Counted from the first letter of the stretch, positions 26,280 through 37,420 are shown. The stretch: 51,316 nt of DNA from an uncultured Candidatus Saccharibacteria bacterium (GCA_964629675.1 CAZVUG010000011.1:1-51316); one strand, 5' to 3'. Notes: generated from the letters alone by a model not told the origin. Program-made: numbers and translations.

Positions 26280-27068
26280 ATGAAAAAAAATATACGCCAC
26301 CCGCTGATCTTTTCTTTGCTGCTAATTATTTTTCTTTTCTTCATGGGCAGCAAAGGCTATCTGGCAATGGCTGAAGACAATTTTGTCAAAGCCATTTCAC
26401 CTGTTCAAAAAAGAATCTATCAGTTTTCTTTAAAAGGGAATAATTTTATTGATCTCGTTTTTTCTCTGCGCAATTCACATCAGGAAAACGTCGAGCTGGC
26501 AGAAGAAAATAACCGCTTGCTGGCTAAAATTGCTCAGTTACAAGGAACTGAAGCAGAAAATGAATTTCTGCGACAACAAAACGGCTTACCAATTCCCCAA
26601 AACAAGGAATTAATTTTAGCAGAAATAATTGGCCGGAGCTTAGGCAATAACGGTTATTTTTTAATTAACAGAGGAAGTCTGGATGGTCTTCAAGAAAAAG
26701 CAGTCGTTATTTATCCGGGCAATATTTTAATTGGGCTGGTTACTAAAGTGAATGAATCTTTCTCTGAGGTTTGCCTGATTATTAATCCAAGCAGCAAGGT
26801 TAATAGCTTGATCAGGGATTCTCAAGTAAGCGGTTTAACTGAAGGCACTGGCAACGGCTTGATTATTGATTTATTGCCTCAAGATAAAGAAATCAGGGAA
26901 GAAACTTTAGTTGTCAGCTCAGGAGCTGCCGGCATCTTCCCGGCTAATTTATTGATCGGCAAAATAAAAAAGGTTATTTCTCTGCCAACAAATATTTGCC
27001 AAAAGGCAGAAATTGAAACAGCTGTAGATTTCAATCAAATAGAAAAAGTCCTAGTCATTAAAAAATGA
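26280..27068 (+). CDS. mreC: Rod shape-determining protein MreC
   Basis: N-terminal TM, coiled coil with ENEFLR, INRGSLDG, GIFPANLLIG; order mreC-mreD-mrdA. Confidence 0.9.
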   Translation: MKKNIRHPLIFSLLLIIFLFFMGSKGYLAMAEDNFVKAISPVQKRIYQFSLKGNNFIDLVFSLRNSHQENVELAEENNRLLAKIAQLQGTEAENEFLRQQNGLPIPQNKELILAEIIGRSLGNNGYFLINRGSLDGLQEKAVVIYPGNILIGLVTKVNESFSEVCLIINPSSKVNSLIRDSQVSGLTEGTGNGLIIDLLPQDKEIREETLVVSSGAAGIFPANLLIGKIKKVISLPTNICQKAEIETAVDFNQIEKVLVIKK

Positions 27069-27550
27069 AGACGTTAATTGACGTATTAATTTTGTTGTTT
27101 TTGCTTATTCTAGAAAGCGCTTTATCTCCATTACTGAATATTTCAGGAATAATGCCTAATCTGGTTCTGCTTTTTGCTCTCAGTTTGGTAGTCTTAGAAA
27201 GCTATCAAGAAAAATGGAAAATTATTTTGTTAGCTGGCTTGCTGGTTGATTTACTGACCAGCCTGCCTTTTGGTTTTGTCAGTTTAAGCTTAGTCCTTTC
27301 CTCGTATCTGGTTGACTGGTTTAAGCAGAAAATTTTTTCGGCAATAAAATTCTGGATTATCATAATCTTAATTAGCTTAGGAATTCTTTTCTACAATCTA
27401 TTTTTGATTATTTTAGCTAAATTATTTCAGATTGAGTTAAGGTGGGATTTTGCTTATTTCGCTGGCTTATTGATTTATAATCTGGTAACGGCCATAATTA
27501 TTTATTATGGGATTAAAAGTATTAAAAAAATATTTTGTCAGAAGAAATGA
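27065..27550 (+). CDS. mreD: Rod shape-determining protein MreD
   Basis: Hydrophobic 161 aa protein, PNLVLL, AGLLVDL..SLPFG; overlaps the mreC stop. Confidence 0.85.
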   Translation: MKTLIDVLILLFLLILESALSPLLNISGIMPNLVLLFALSLVVLESYQEKWKIILLAGLLVDLLTSLPFGFVSLSLVLSSYLVDWFKQKIFSAIKFWIIIILISLGILFYNLFLIILAKLFQIELRWDFAYFAGLLIYNLVTAIIIYYGIKSIKKIFCQKK

Positions 27551-29438
27551 AAGCAGCGATATTGAAGCAGAGGAAATTTTTTTAGATAGCGAAGCTATCC
27601 GTTCTTTAGAAAGGAAAGGCAAGCTAGAAAAACCAATATCTGCCCTTAATTTTATTATTTTTTTTATTCTGATTGTTTTCTCCCTTTCAATCCTCTTTGT
27701 TAGGACGGGCTATTTGCAGATTATCAAAGGAAGCTATTACCAAGATTTAGCTCAGGGAAATAAATTAAGAATTTATCCAGTTATTCCGCCTCGCGGTGTT
27801 ATCTATGATCGGAACGGCGAATTACTGCTTTATAATATTCCCGGCTTTGATTTAATTATTGACTTAAATGACTTTTTAGATAATTCTTCAACTAAACAAA
27901 AAGAAATTTTAGCAGAGATAGCAGATATTGCCCAAAAAGATGCAAAAGATTTACAACAAGAAATTAAAAATGCTCAAGGGAAAAGCTCTTTAACTTTGCT
28001 AAAAGGATTTGTTCGCGATCAAGCTTTAATTTTAGAAAGCAAAGTTGCTCAATGGCCGGGCGTTCGCATAGCTGAAAAAGGCAAAAGGTATTATGTTAAT
28101 GGCTTGGCTTTTTCTCATCTTTTGGGCTATACCGGCAAAGTCAACCAAAATGACTTAGAAAATTACGAAGGATATTTTCTGGAAGATGAAATCGGCAAAG
28201 CTGGTTTAGAAAAAGAATACGAAGAAATATTAAGGGGCATTCCCGGACAAGAGCAATTTGAAGTTGACTCTTCCGGACAAAACCGCAAGCTTCTAGCCTT
28301 CGAGCCTCCGCAAGAGGGAAATAGCTTAATTCTGTCTATTGATAAAAAGCTACAGGAAAAAACATATCAGGCTTTAGAAGATCAGATTAAAAAAATTAAC
28401 CAAGAGGGAAATCGAGCAAAAAAGGCAACTGTTTTAATAGCTAATCCGCAAAATGGCCAAATCTTAACAATGGTTAGCCTGCCAACTTTTGATAATAATC
28501 TTTTTGCCCAGGGAATTTCTTCAGCAGATTTAAATTTGTTAAAAGAAAATCCAGACAGGCCTTTTTTAAATAGAAACGTTGCCGGCCAATATCCGCCTGG
28601 TTCTACTTTAAAGCCGTTAATTGCTTCAGCTGCCTTAGAAGAAAATATTATCAAAGCCAGTAAAACAATTAATTGTCAGGGGGAAATTATTATTCCTAAC
28701 AAATATAATCCTAATATTATTTATCATTATCCTGATTGGAAAGCGCATGGCTTGACTAACATGGTTAAGGCGATTGCCGAATCCTGCAACGTCTATTTTT
28801 ATACTATCGGCGGCGGTTTTGCTCAATTTGAAGGATTAGGTCTGCCTAAAATTAAAGAGTATTTGCAGCTTTTCGGCTTAGGCGAAAAAACAAATATTGA
28901 TTTGCCTCAGGAAGAAGCTGGCCTTATCCCTGACGAAGAATGGAAAGAACAAAACAAAGGCGAGGAATGGGTCCTTGGCGATACTTACCATTTATCAATT
29001 GGCCAGGGAGATGTCTTGGTCACTCCTTTACAGCTGACAATGGCCATCAGCGCTATTGCCAATAACGGAACTTTGTTCCAGCCCCAATTGATAGATAAAA
29101 TTGTTGACTCTCAGCAGAATATAGTTGAAAATATTTCGAGCAAGATTAAGAGAGACAATTTTTTAGCGAAAGACAATCTTGCTGTAATCCAAAAAGGGAT
29201 GAGAGAAGCTGTTTTAAGCGGTTCAGCCAAATCTTTAAGCAGCTTGAATGTTAAAGTGGCCGGCAAAACCGGAACAGCCCAATTTGGCAGCGAAGACAAA
29301 ACACACGCTTGGTTTGTCGGCTATGCTCCGATTGATAATCCGAAAATTGCCATAACTGTTTTAGTCGAAGGAGGAGGCGAAGGATATCAAGCAGCTGTTC
29401 CAGTAGCCAAAGAAATATTAAAATGGTATTTTAATTAA
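27507..29438 (+). CDS. mrdA: Penicillin-binding protein 2
   Basis: PRGVIYDRNG, SxxK (GSTLK), SCN, KTG motifs. Confidence 0.95.
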   Translation: MGLKVLKKYFVRRNESSDIEAEEIFLDSEAIRSLERKGKLEKPISALNFIIFFILIVFSLSILFVRTGYLQIIKGSYYQDLAQGNKLRIYPVIPPRGVIYDRNGELLLYNIPGFDLIIDLNDFLDNSSTKQKEILAEIADIAQKDAKDLQQEIKNAQGKSSLTLLKGFVRDQALILESKVAQWPGVRIAEKGKRYYVNGLAFSHLLGYTGKVNQNDLENYEGYFLEDEIGKAGLEKEYEEILRGIPGQEQFEVDSSGQNRKLLAFEPPQEGNSLILSIDKKLQEKTYQALEDQIKKINQEGNRAKKATVLIANPQNGQILTMVSLPTFDNNLFAQGISSADLNLLKENPDRPFLNRNVAGQYPPGSTLKPLIASAALEENIIKASKTINCQGEIIIPNKYNPNIIYHYPDWKAHGLTNMVKAIAESCNVYFYTIGGGFAQFEGLGLPKIKEYLQLFGLGEKTNIDLPQEEAGLIPDEEWKEQNKGEEWVLGDTYHLSIGQGDVLVTPLQLTMAISAIANNGTLFQPQLIDKIVDSQQNIVENISSKIKRDNFLAKDNLAVIQKGMREAVLSGSAKSLSSLNVKVAGKTGTAQFGSEDKTHAWFVGYAPIDNPKIAITVLVEGGGEGYQAAVPVAKEILKWYFN

Positions 29439-29531
29439 AGTTATTAATAATTAATTTAATTTTAATTTCTAATTCGGCAACAAGCTTAGGCATGTTTCAG
29501 GATTAAGATTTAAAATAAGGAATCTATTCAT

Positions 29532-29999
29532 ATGGAATATATTTCACCAGAAGGTTTGGAAAAATTAAAAAAAGAGCTAGAAGAAAGAAAAACAAAGAAA
29601 AGGCATGAAATCGCCCAACACTTAGAAGAAGCTAAGTCATTAGGTGATTTGTCGGAAAACACGGAATATTCAGCAGCTAAAGATGAGCAGATGTATAATG
29701 AAAACAGAATTATGGAATTAGAAGAAATTATTAAAGAAGCAAGCTTGATTAAAGTTTCTAAAGGCAAGAGCAAAATAGTTCAAATGGGATCATGGTTTTC
29801 TGTAAAAATGATGGATCCAGCTAATTCAGCTGTTCGGGAATTCATGATTGTCGGCTCGCAAGAAGCTGATCCAAGCGAAGGAAAAATCTCTTATGAATCT
29901 CCCTTAGGAAAAGCATTTATCGGACGCAAAGTAAATGATATAATTGAAGCAGAAACGCCTCGGGGGAAAACAAAGTATAAAATAATGAATATTAAATAA
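29532..29999 (+). CDS. greA: Transcription elongation factor GreA (copy 1)
   Basis: GDLSENTEYSAAK, ISYESPLGKA. Confidence 0.95.
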   Translation: MEYISPEGLEKLKKELEERKTKKRHEIAQHLEEAKSLGDLSENTEYSAAKDEQMYNENRIMELEEIIKEASLIKVSKGKSKIVQMGSWFSVKMMDPANSAVREFMIVGSQEADPSEGKISYESPLGKAFIGRKVNDIIEAETPRGKTKYKIMNIK

Positions 30000-30001
30000 T
30001 T

Positions 30002-31336
30002 ATGTCTTCTCTAGAAGAAATTAAGAAAAATAGAATAGAGAAATTAAAAAGAATTCAAGAATCAGGAATTGATCCTTATCCAGCAGAAACTCATTACACT
30101 CACCAATGCCAGGAAATAATTGATCATTTTACTAAATTAAGCTCAGGCAAAAAAGAAATTATTTTAGCTGGCCGAATAATTTCTATCAGGGAGCACGGCG
30201 GCTCAACTTTTGCCAATATTCAAGACGGCAGTGCCAGCTTGCAAATTTATTTAAAAAAAGACGAACTAGGGGAAAAGGAATATAAGTTTTTCCAAGCAAA
30301 TTTTGATATTGGCGATTTTATTGAAGCCAGCGGCAGTTTATTCTTAACTGGCCGGGGAGAAAAAACTCTCTTGGTTAAAAAATACCGGCTTTTAAGCAAA
30401 AGCTTAGCTCCTTTGCCAGAAAAATGGCATGGCTTAAAAGAAGTGGAAGAAAGATTTAGAAAAAGGTATTTAGATCTTTTGATGAATAAGGAAGTCAAGG
30501 AGAATTTTATTAAACGGACTGAGATTATCAAAAGCTTGAGGAAATTTTTGGATGAGAGAGGTTTTGTTGAAGTGGAAACCCCTATCCTGCAGACAATTCC
30601 TGGAGGCGCCTCAGCTCGTCCTTTTGTAACTCATCATCATGCTTTGGATATTGATCTTTATTTACGAATTGCCCCGGAGCTTTACTTAAAAAGATTACTT
30701 GTTGGCGGCTTAGAAAAAGTTTATGAAATTGGCCGCTGCTTTAGAAACGAAGGCTTAGACAGCACTCATAATCCTGACTTTACTACTCTAGAATTTTATG
30801 AAGCTTACAGCGATTATGAGAAATTTATGGAAATGACCGAAGAAATGGTCGTCTATGTCTTAAAATCATGCGGCTGCCAAGATATTCCTTGCCAAAGGCC
30901 TTTTAAAAGAGTTGAATTTTCCGCATTAGGCCGGAATGACGATGAATTAAAAGCAAAAATCAAGGAAATAACTGAACCGACTTTTATTATCCATCATCCG
31001 ACAGAGATATCTCCTTTAGCTAAATCTTTAGTAAAAGAGCCAACTAAAACAGCCCGCTTTCAATTAGTTATTAACGGTTTAGAATTAGCTAATGCTTTTT
31101 CTGAATTGAATGATCCTTTGGAGCAAAAAAAACGTTTCCAAAAACAGGAAGAGAATCTGCGAAAGGGCGATCAAGAAGCGCAGAGATACGATCAGGATTT
31201 TATTGAGGCCTTGGAATACGGTATGCCGCCGGCTGCCGGCTTAGGTTTAGGTATTGATAGATTTGTTGCCCTATTGACCAAAGCAAAAAGCTTGAGGGAA
31301 GTAATTTTATTCCCTTTGATGAAACCAAAGGAATGA
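30002..31336 (+). CDS. lysS: Lysine--tRNA ligase (class II, compact)
   Basis: LPEKWHGL, RYLDL, LRIAPELYLKRL, FRNEG, EYGMPPAAGLGLGIDR. Confidence 0.97.
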   Translation: MSSLEEIKKNRIEKLKRIQESGIDPYPAETHYTHQCQEIIDHFTKLSSGKKEIILAGRIISIREHGGSTFANIQDGSASLQIYLKKDELGEKEYKFFQANFDIGDFIEASGSLFLTGRGEKTLLVKKYRLLSKSLAPLPEKWHGLKEVEERFRKRYLDLLMNKEVKENFIKRTEIIKSLRKFLDERGFVEVETPILQTIPGGASARPFVTHHHALDIDLYLRIAPELYLKRLLVGGLEKVYEIGRCFRNEGLDSTHNPDFTTLEFYEAYSDYEKFMEMTEEMVVYVLKSCGCQDIPCQRPFKRVEFSALGRNDDELKAKIKEITEPTFIIHHPTEISPLAKSLVKEPTKTARFQLVINGLELANAFSELNDPLEQKKRFQKQEENLRKGDQEAQRYDQDFIEALEYGMPPAAGLGLGIDRFVALLTKAKSLREVILFPLMKPKE

Positions 31337-31339
31337 GCT

Positions 31340-31897
31340 ATGGATAGAGAACAAGCCTTACAATTAGTCCGCCAGCATGTTAAGAATAATAATAGCGTTA
31401 AGCATATGCTGGCTACTGAAGCGATTATGAGGGCTCTAGCCAATAAGTTTGGCGAAGATGAAGAAACTTGGGGCTTGTCCGGATTAGTCCATGATATTGA
31501 TATGGAAATAGTCGATTACCAGAAACAGCCGGAAAAACATGGCTTAGTCGGAGCCGAAATATTAGAGAAAAACGGCTTTCCAGAAGAAATTAGAGAAGCA
31601 GTTAAAGCGCATAATCCAGCTACCGGCAAAAAAAGGGAAAGTCAGCTAGAGAAGTCTATTTATTGCGTTGATCCTTTAACTGGCTTAATTGTCGCCTCAG
31701 CTTTAGTTTTACCTAGCAAGAAATTAGCTGATCTGAAGGCAACATCAGTTTTAAAAAGATTCAAGGAAAAGTCTTTTGCTCGCGGAGCTAACCGGGAGAT
31801 AATTGCTACTTGTTCGGAAATCGGCTTGAGCTTAGCAGAATTTATCGAGATTGGCTTAGAGGCTATGCAAAAAATTAGTAATGATTTAGAATTGTAA
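31340..31897 (+). CDS. HD-domain (HDIG-like) phosphohydrolase
   Basis: KHMLATE...GLVHDID...H...H, FKEKSFARG. Confidence 0.88.
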   Translation: MDREQALQLVRQHVKNNNSVKHMLATEAIMRALANKFGEDEETWGLSGLVHDIDMEIVDYQKQPEKHGLVGAEILEKNGFPEEIREAVKAHNPATGKKRESQLEKSIYCVDPLTGLIVASALVLPSKKLADLKATSVLKRFKEKSFARGANREIIATCSEIGLSLAEFIEIGLEAMQKISNDLEL

Positions 31898-31916
31898 TAA
31901 TTAATCAGAAAAAATT

Positions 31917-33146
31917 ATGCTTGATATTAAATTTATTAGAGAGAATATAGATGAAGTTAAGGAAGGCTGTCGCAAAAAGCAGGCGGAAGTTGATTTGGAT
32001 AAGCTTTTAGAATTAGACGAAAAGAAAAGAAAATTATTGAAAGAAATTGAAGATTTAAAAGCCCAAAAAAACAAATTAGGCCGAGAAAATATTAAAGAAG
32101 CTAAGCTTTTGAAAGAAAAAATTAAGAAAGCAGAGCCAGCCTTGGAAGAAATAGAGGGTTATCTTTATCAAGCAATGCGCCAGATTCCTAATCTGCCGTT
32201 AGCTGAAGTTCCCGAAGGGAAAGATGAAAGAGATAATAAAGTTCTGCGCGAAGAAGGGCAAAAGAAAGAATTTGATTTTAAGCCCCGAGATTATTTGGAT
32301 ATTGCCGAGAAACTGGATATTATTGACGTTAAAAGAGCTGCCAAAGTTAGCGGTACTCGCTTTGCTTATTTAAAAGGCCAAGCTGTTTTTTTGGAATTTG
32401 CTTTAATAAAATTAGCTTTTGACGTTTTAACTAAGGAAGGCTTTGCCCCGGTTATTCCGCAAGTAATATTAAAACCCAAGGCAATGTCGGGGATGGGCTA
32501 CTTGGATCATGATACAGATGAAGTCTATCATTTACACAAAGACAACCTGTACTTAGTCGGCACTTCTGAACAATCTATCGGGCCGATGCATATGGATGAA
32601 ATCTTTCAGGAAAAAGATTTGCCGCGGCGTTATGTATCTTTTTCAACCTGTTTTCGCCGAGAAGCCGGAGCTTACGGCAAAGACACTAAGGGGATCTTAA
32701 GAGTGCATCAGTTTGATAAAGTTGAAATGTTTATTTTTTCCACTCCGGAAAAGTCAAAAGAAGAGCATCAATATCTTCTTTCTCTAGAAGAAAAGCTGAT
32801 GAAAATGCTTGATTTGCCTTATCGAATAGTCCATTTGTGCTCAGGGGACATTTCAACTTCGTCTGCTTCTACTTATGACGTGGAAACTTGGCTGCCTGGC
32901 CAAGGAATGTATAGAGAAACTCACTCAACAAGCAACTGTACTGATTTTCAATCAAGGCGCCTTAATATCCGCTATCGTTCCCAGAAAAGCAGACAAACAG
33001 AATTTGTCCATACTTTGAATGGAACAGCTTTTGCTATTGGCAGAATGATTATTGCCATTATTGAAAATTACCAGAAAAAAGACGGCACTTTCACTATTCC
33101 GGAAGTTTTAAAAAAGTATATAGATTTTAATTCATTTGATGGCTAA
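31917..33146 (+). CDS. serS: Serine--tRNA ligase
   Basis: MLDIKFIR, GTSEQ, FRREAG, RVHQFDKVE, SNCTDFQSRR, HTLNGT. Confidence 0.98.
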   Translation: MLDIKFIRENIDEVKEGCRKKQAEVDLDKLLELDEKKRKLLKEIEDLKAQKNKLGRENIKEAKLLKEKIKKAEPALEEIEGYLYQAMRQIPNLPLAEVPEGKDERDNKVLREEGQKKEFDFKPRDYLDIAEKLDIIDVKRAAKVSGTRFAYLKGQAVFLEFALIKLAFDVLTKEGFAPVIPQVILKPKAMSGMGYLDHDTDEVYHLHKDNLYLVGTSEQSIGPMHMDEIFQEKDLPRRYVSFSTCFRREAGAYGKDTKGILRVHQFDKVEMFIFSTPEKSKEEHQYLLSLEEKLMKMLDLPYRIVHLCSGDISTSSASTYDVETWLPGQGMYRETHSTSNCTDFQSRRLNIRYRSQKSRQTEFVHTLNGTAFAIGRMIIAIIENYQKKDGTFTIPEVLKKYIDFNSFDG

Positions 33147-34035
33147 AAGAAACCTGAGAAGAAAAAGTAAAAAAAGCTCCTTTTTAAAATGGATTTTTAG
33201 CGGGGGGCTGTTTTTTTGTCTATTGGCTGGCGCTGCCTACTTTTTATTCTTTTCCCATTTTTTTGATATAGAATCAATTGAAGTCAGCACAGCAGAAAAT
33301 TTAATTTATTACACGCAGGAAGAAATACAGGCAAAGGCAGAAAATTTATTGAATCAAGATTTTATTTATCATTATTCTTTAGTAAAAAAAATAGTTTCGG
33401 GAAAGAATCCTTTTTTAATTTCATCGCAAAAAATGGCCAAAGCAATTATTGCCGGCATGCCTGAGGTTGAATCAATCAAAGTACAGAAAAAAATCTGGCA
33501 AAATATGCTGGAGGTCCAAGTCAAAGAAAGAAAAGAAGCTGGCATTTGGTGTGCTGTTGAATATCAAGAGATAGAGAGGACGGAAACAGCTACCTCTAGC
33601 GAAGATTTTTTCGAAGCAAAGCAAGAAAGAATTATTAAAGATTGTTTTTACCTTGACCAAAAAGGAATAATTTACAAAAAATCGCCTTTAGTTAAAGGAG
33701 ATTTTATTCTTAATATTTACAGCCAGGCAGATAATTATCAAATCAAAGATAAAATTATTCCAGAAAAGGCAGTAAGTTTTATGACAACGGTTAAAAAAGA
33801 ACTGTCTCAGATTAAAATGCCTGAAACAGCTATTAAAACAGATTACTTTGAGTATTTCTCTAGCCAAGACTTAAGGATGGAAACAACTCAAGGCTGGCAA
33901 ATATATTTTAACCCAGCTAATTTGGCTAAAGAGCAGACAGAAGCTTTAAAAATGCTATTTAGCCAGGAAATTAAAGAAGGGACACCCTTGCAATATATTG
34001 ATTTAAGAATAGCTGGCCGAGCTTATTACAAATAA
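33139..34035 (+). CDS. Cell division protein FtsQ/DivIB-like
   Basis: Basic N-terminus, one TM, POTRA-like F.IESIEV...VQVKER, C-terminal YIDLR...AYYK. Confidence 0.7.
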   Translation: MAKRNLRRKSKKSSFLKWIFSGGLFFCLLAGAAYFLFFSHFFDIESIEVSTAENLIYYTQEEIQAKAENLLNQDFIYHYSLVKKIVSGKNPFLISSQKMAKAIIAGMPEVESIKVQKKIWQNMLEVQVKERKEAGIWCAVEYQEIERTETATSSEDFFEAKQERIIKDCFYLDQKGIIYKKSPLVKGDFILNIYSQADNYQIKDKIIPEKAVSFMTTVKKELSQIKMPETAIKTDYFEYFSSQDLRMETTQGWQIYFNPANLAKEQTEALKMLFSQEIKEGTPLQYIDLRIAGRAYYK

Positions 34036-34038
34036 TTC

Positions 34039-35784
34039 CTAAGGAATATAATAGACGAAGATAGAATAGCCGATAACTGCGATTGGCTTGTATTGATTAA
34101 GCCACTGGTAATAGCCGTTTCCGCCGTCAAATCCTTTTACCGGAATAGCCCGGCCTCCCTGCAATTCATTAACAGAAACAGCTAAATAAGAATTAGCCGG
34201 CAGCTGGTTGGGATCTTGCCGGGAATCCCATCGATGATACTTGCTGCCAAGATAATATTCCGGCGACCCGCCGCCGAAATAATTTAAATAAATTGATTCA
34301 ATCTTATTCTTTTCAACAAAACTGGCTAATCTTCTTAAATCTTGCCCCCAATCTAAATTAGAATCAGTAACGTATTGATAGCCGTTCGTCGGCCCGCCAG
34401 TTAACTGGTTGAAATAGGCAAGAAAATGAGGATAGATTCTAACAATCGAAGTAAATTGCCAAAAGATTATTAAGCCTAGTAATAAGTATTTAGTTTTAAG
34501 GTAAGGTTTTTTCAGCCAAAAAGAAATAAACCGGCTTACTAAGATAATAGTTAAAGGAAAGACTGGCAGAAGATGCCTAATGCCGATATTTAAATTTCCT
34601 TTGATACTAACAGCCCAATAAATAACGATAAAGAGGAAAATAGATATTTCGGGGAAATATTTCGCAATCCATTGCTTAACGGCAATATTTTTTTTGCGCC
34701 GAAAAGAGTTAATAAAGAATCCTAAGGCAATTAAAGTCAGCAGATGAAAAGACAAAGGCACTTTTATCAAATAAACAACAGGGAAATATGTTTTCCATGA
34801 TTCAGCGGATATTTGCCCTAAAAAGAAAGTGGTGTTTCCGCCGGCTGTGCGGCTGGCAACCATAATAAAGCCGGTAAAGTATTGGCTGATTGCTCTAAGG
34901 ACTGGCTGTGAGCTCATCCAAATCAAAATATCGCTGACTATTTCCGGAGCAGAAGAATTTTCTAAATTGAAAGTAGTATCTTTAACTTGCTGCTGGATTG
35001 GATAATTGAAAGTATGGAAGTAATAAATAGGCCAGATAACAAGAATAAGGGCTATTAAACCAACTAAGATAGCTGTCAGGCTGTATTTGATAAAAGATTT
35101 CTGCTTAACCCAGGCGTACATTAAAGTAATGATAGCCAAGAAAGGAATTAATAAGACAAGAGAGAATTTAAAGAGTAGAGAAATACCCAAGATGACAGCC
35201 GCTAAAATAATATTTAACAGCTGAGGCTTTTTTAATAATCTCAGCCAGAAAAAGATTGTCATAACTACTCCTAAAGCAGCACCGACATCTGTAGTTACTA
35301 ATCTGCCGTGGGCAAGCAAGGTTGGCGAAAGACACATTAAGACAAGAGACAACAAAGCAGTTTGCTGGCCGAAATTCTTTTTACACCAGAAGAAAACTAA
35401 GCCAATTAAGAAAAGGAGAACTAAAATCATTGATGTTCTGGCCAGCAGCATAATCTGATCTGGGTTATTGCCAGACTGATAGAGAAATTGGCTGGCAAAA
35501 TCAAATTGCAGCCACCAAACAGGATTTTCTGCTTGGATCCAGGAAGAATGATCACGGGGAAAATTAAGATCTGAAAATAACAGGGGAAAAGCAGCTATGT
35601 CTTTGATTAAAGGAGGGTGCTCGGGATTCAGACGGTAATCCTGCTGGCTTAAATAAGAGTAGCCGGCAGCAATATGAGCTGTCTCGTCAAATGTCCAGCA
35701 ATCATTTAGCGAACTGGAAAAACAGACAACAAAAGTAGCGGCTAAAATTAAAAAGGCAATAATGTTGAGATGATTTGATTTCAT
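34039..35784 (-). CDS. GT-C fold glycosyltransferase (PMT_2/ArnT-like)
   Basis: TFDETAH, NPEHPPL, LVTTD, RHLLP, DSNLDWGQDL; many TM segments. Confidence 0.85.
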   Translation of the reverse strand: MKSNHLNIIAFLILAATFVVCFSSSLNDCWTFDETAHIAAGYSYLSQQDYRLNPEHPPLIKDIAAFPLLFSDLNFPRDHSSWIQAENPVWWLQFDFASQFLYQSGNNPDQIMLLARTSMILVLLFLIGLVFFWCKKNFGQQTALLSLVLMCLSPTLLAHGRLVTTDVGAALGVVMTIFFWLRLLKKPQLLNIILAAVILGISLLFKFSLVLLIPFLAIITLMYAWVKQKSFIKYSLTAILVGLIALILVIWPIYYFHTFNYPIQQQVKDTTFNLENSSAPEIVSDILIWMSSQPVLRAISQYFTGFIMVASRTAGGNTTFFLGQISAESWKTYFPVVYLIKVPLSFHLLTLIALGFFINSFRRKKNIAVKQWIAKYFPEISIFLFIVIYWAVSIKGNLNIGIRHLLPVFPLTIILVSRFISFWLKKPYLKTKYLLLGLIIFWQFTSIVRIYPHFLAYFNQLTGGPTNGYQYVTDSNLDWGQDLRRLASFVEKNKIESIYLNYFGGGSPEYYLGSKYHRWDSRQDPNQLPANSYLAVSVNELQGGRAIPVKGFDGGNGYYQWLNQYKPIAVIGYSIFVYYIP

Positions 35785-37340
35785 ATTTCGATTCGATATG
35801 GCTTTTCCCTTATTATTTTACCTTGAGGAAATATTTCTTGAAGCTTTTCCAATGATTGATCATTATGCATTAGGATAATAACAGCTGGCTGGTCAGTTTT
35901 GATTTGGCTGAGATCTTGCCAAGGCAGATAAATGGCTCGGTTATGATCAAATTCAGTTCTTTCAATAAAAATAGGGGTTTGGGCAGCAATAGATAATCCG
36001 TAAAAAGGCTCTCCTTCCTTATTAACTAAAACATATTTGTTGATTGATTCAGGCAAGCTATTAAGATATTCTCCGATCTGGACATAATCTGCTGAGAAAG
36101 CGCTGGCAACTTCCGGACTTTGTCCCCAGTCAATAAAATATTTATTTAAATTAGTTATAGCTGGCTGGATAAAAGATATAATCAGCAAAGCAATGGCTAA
36201 AAATTTATGCCATTTTGTGCCAAAGGAATATATTTTTTCAAAAAGCCAGATGAGACCTAAAGCGGCAAAAAGATAAGCGACTGGAATAACGCCAATAGTC
36301 CTTAAAGCATGAGGCATTCCTTCCATCGTAAAAATTGCCGGAAGCAGCATAATAGCAAACCAAGAAAAAAGGAAAATCCGGTGGAAAAGAGGTTTCTTAA
36401 AAATAGCAACTATTCCTAAGATAAAGAAAATGCCGACAGACCAGACTAGCATCGGCGATCCGGAATAATTATGCCTCCAATTGCCGTCGCCATAGACATT
36501 AAACATTCCCAGAGCTTTGAAAGAGCTTTTAATTAATTCTTGTATTGGAGATTCTCCGGCAAAAATAGAGACTCCTCCAGCGCGGCCGATAAAGTCTTGA
36601 GGCTGATGGTAGAAATAAAGGCCGAGGGGGATAGCCATGATAATAATTACTAGCAAGAACAGATCTAATTTCCACCAGCCGTCTTTTAAATAAACCTTAT
36701 GCCAAAAATTAGACCAGCTTAAGGTTATTGGCTTTTCTTTCTGCCAATATTCAATTATTTTCCAAAGAATAACAATACCTAGAATAAGAACGGCAGCACG
36801 GAAAGCAAGGTAAGTATATAAGCCCAAACCAAAGAAAATGCCTGACCAAATAAAAGACAGAGAGCTTTTTTTTCTGAAGCCGCGCAATAGGAAATAAAAA
36901 GACAAGCAGAGAATTAAGGGGACTAAAATTCCTCGAAAAGCAATTCGGCTAAAATTAGTATGCCAAAAAGAAACAGACAAGAAAAAACTGCTAATTAAAG
37001 CAATCTTTTCGTTAAATAATTCTTTAGCTAACAGATAGAGAGCCAAGACAGTTAAAATGCCCAAGATAGCGCCAACTAAGCGCAGCGACCAGATTGACGG
37101 GCCGAACAATTTAAAGCTGCCGGCGACTAACCAAAGATACAATCCTTCCCGGCCGTTATTTTCAGTATAGAAAACCTTAAATTGATTATTCTCTAAAGAA
37201 GATAAAGCATCATTGGCATTCATTGCTTCGTCGGGATAAAGGCCGGAGGGGATGCTGTCAATTTGCCAGAGGCGAAAAAAGCTGGCAATGAGCAAAATTA
37301 AAATCAAAATAAGAATTCTGTTTTTAGATAATATTTTCAT
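35781..37340 (-). CDS. GT-C fold glycosyltransferase (PMT_2/ArnT-like)
   Basis: FRLWQI..IPSGLYPDEA, SLRLV, WH..FSR, PHALR; many TM segments. Confidence 0.85.
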   Translation of the reverse strand: MKILSKNRILILILILLIASFFRLWQIDSIPSGLYPDEAMNANDALSSLENNQFKVFYTENNGREGLYLWLVAGSFKLFGPSIWSLRLVGAILGILTVLALYLLAKELFNEKIALISSFFLSVSFWHTNFSRIAFRGILVPLILCLSFYFLLRGFRKKSSLSFIWSGIFFGLGLYTYLAFRAAVLILGIVILWKIIEYWQKEKPITLSWSNFWHKVYLKDGWWKLDLFLLVIIIMAIPLGLYFYHQPQDFIGRAGGVSIFAGESPIQELIKSSFKALGMFNVYGDGNWRHNYSGSPMLVWSVGIFFILGIVAIFKKPLFHRIFLFSWFAIMLLPAIFTMEGMPHALRTIGVIPVAYLFAALGLIWLFEKIYSFGTKWHKFLAIALLIISFIQPAITNLNKYFIDWGQSPEVASAFSADYVQIGEYLNSLPESINKYVLVNKEGEPFYGLSIAAQTPIFIERTEFDHNRAIYLPWQDLSQIKTDQPAVIILMHNDQSLEKLQEIFPQGKIIREKPYRIEI

Positions 37341-37420
37341 TTTATTTAATTTTAATATAAAAAGAAATTAATATCAAACAATAATTGTTGACAACTATTT
37401 TTTGTGCTAAAATAGAAAAA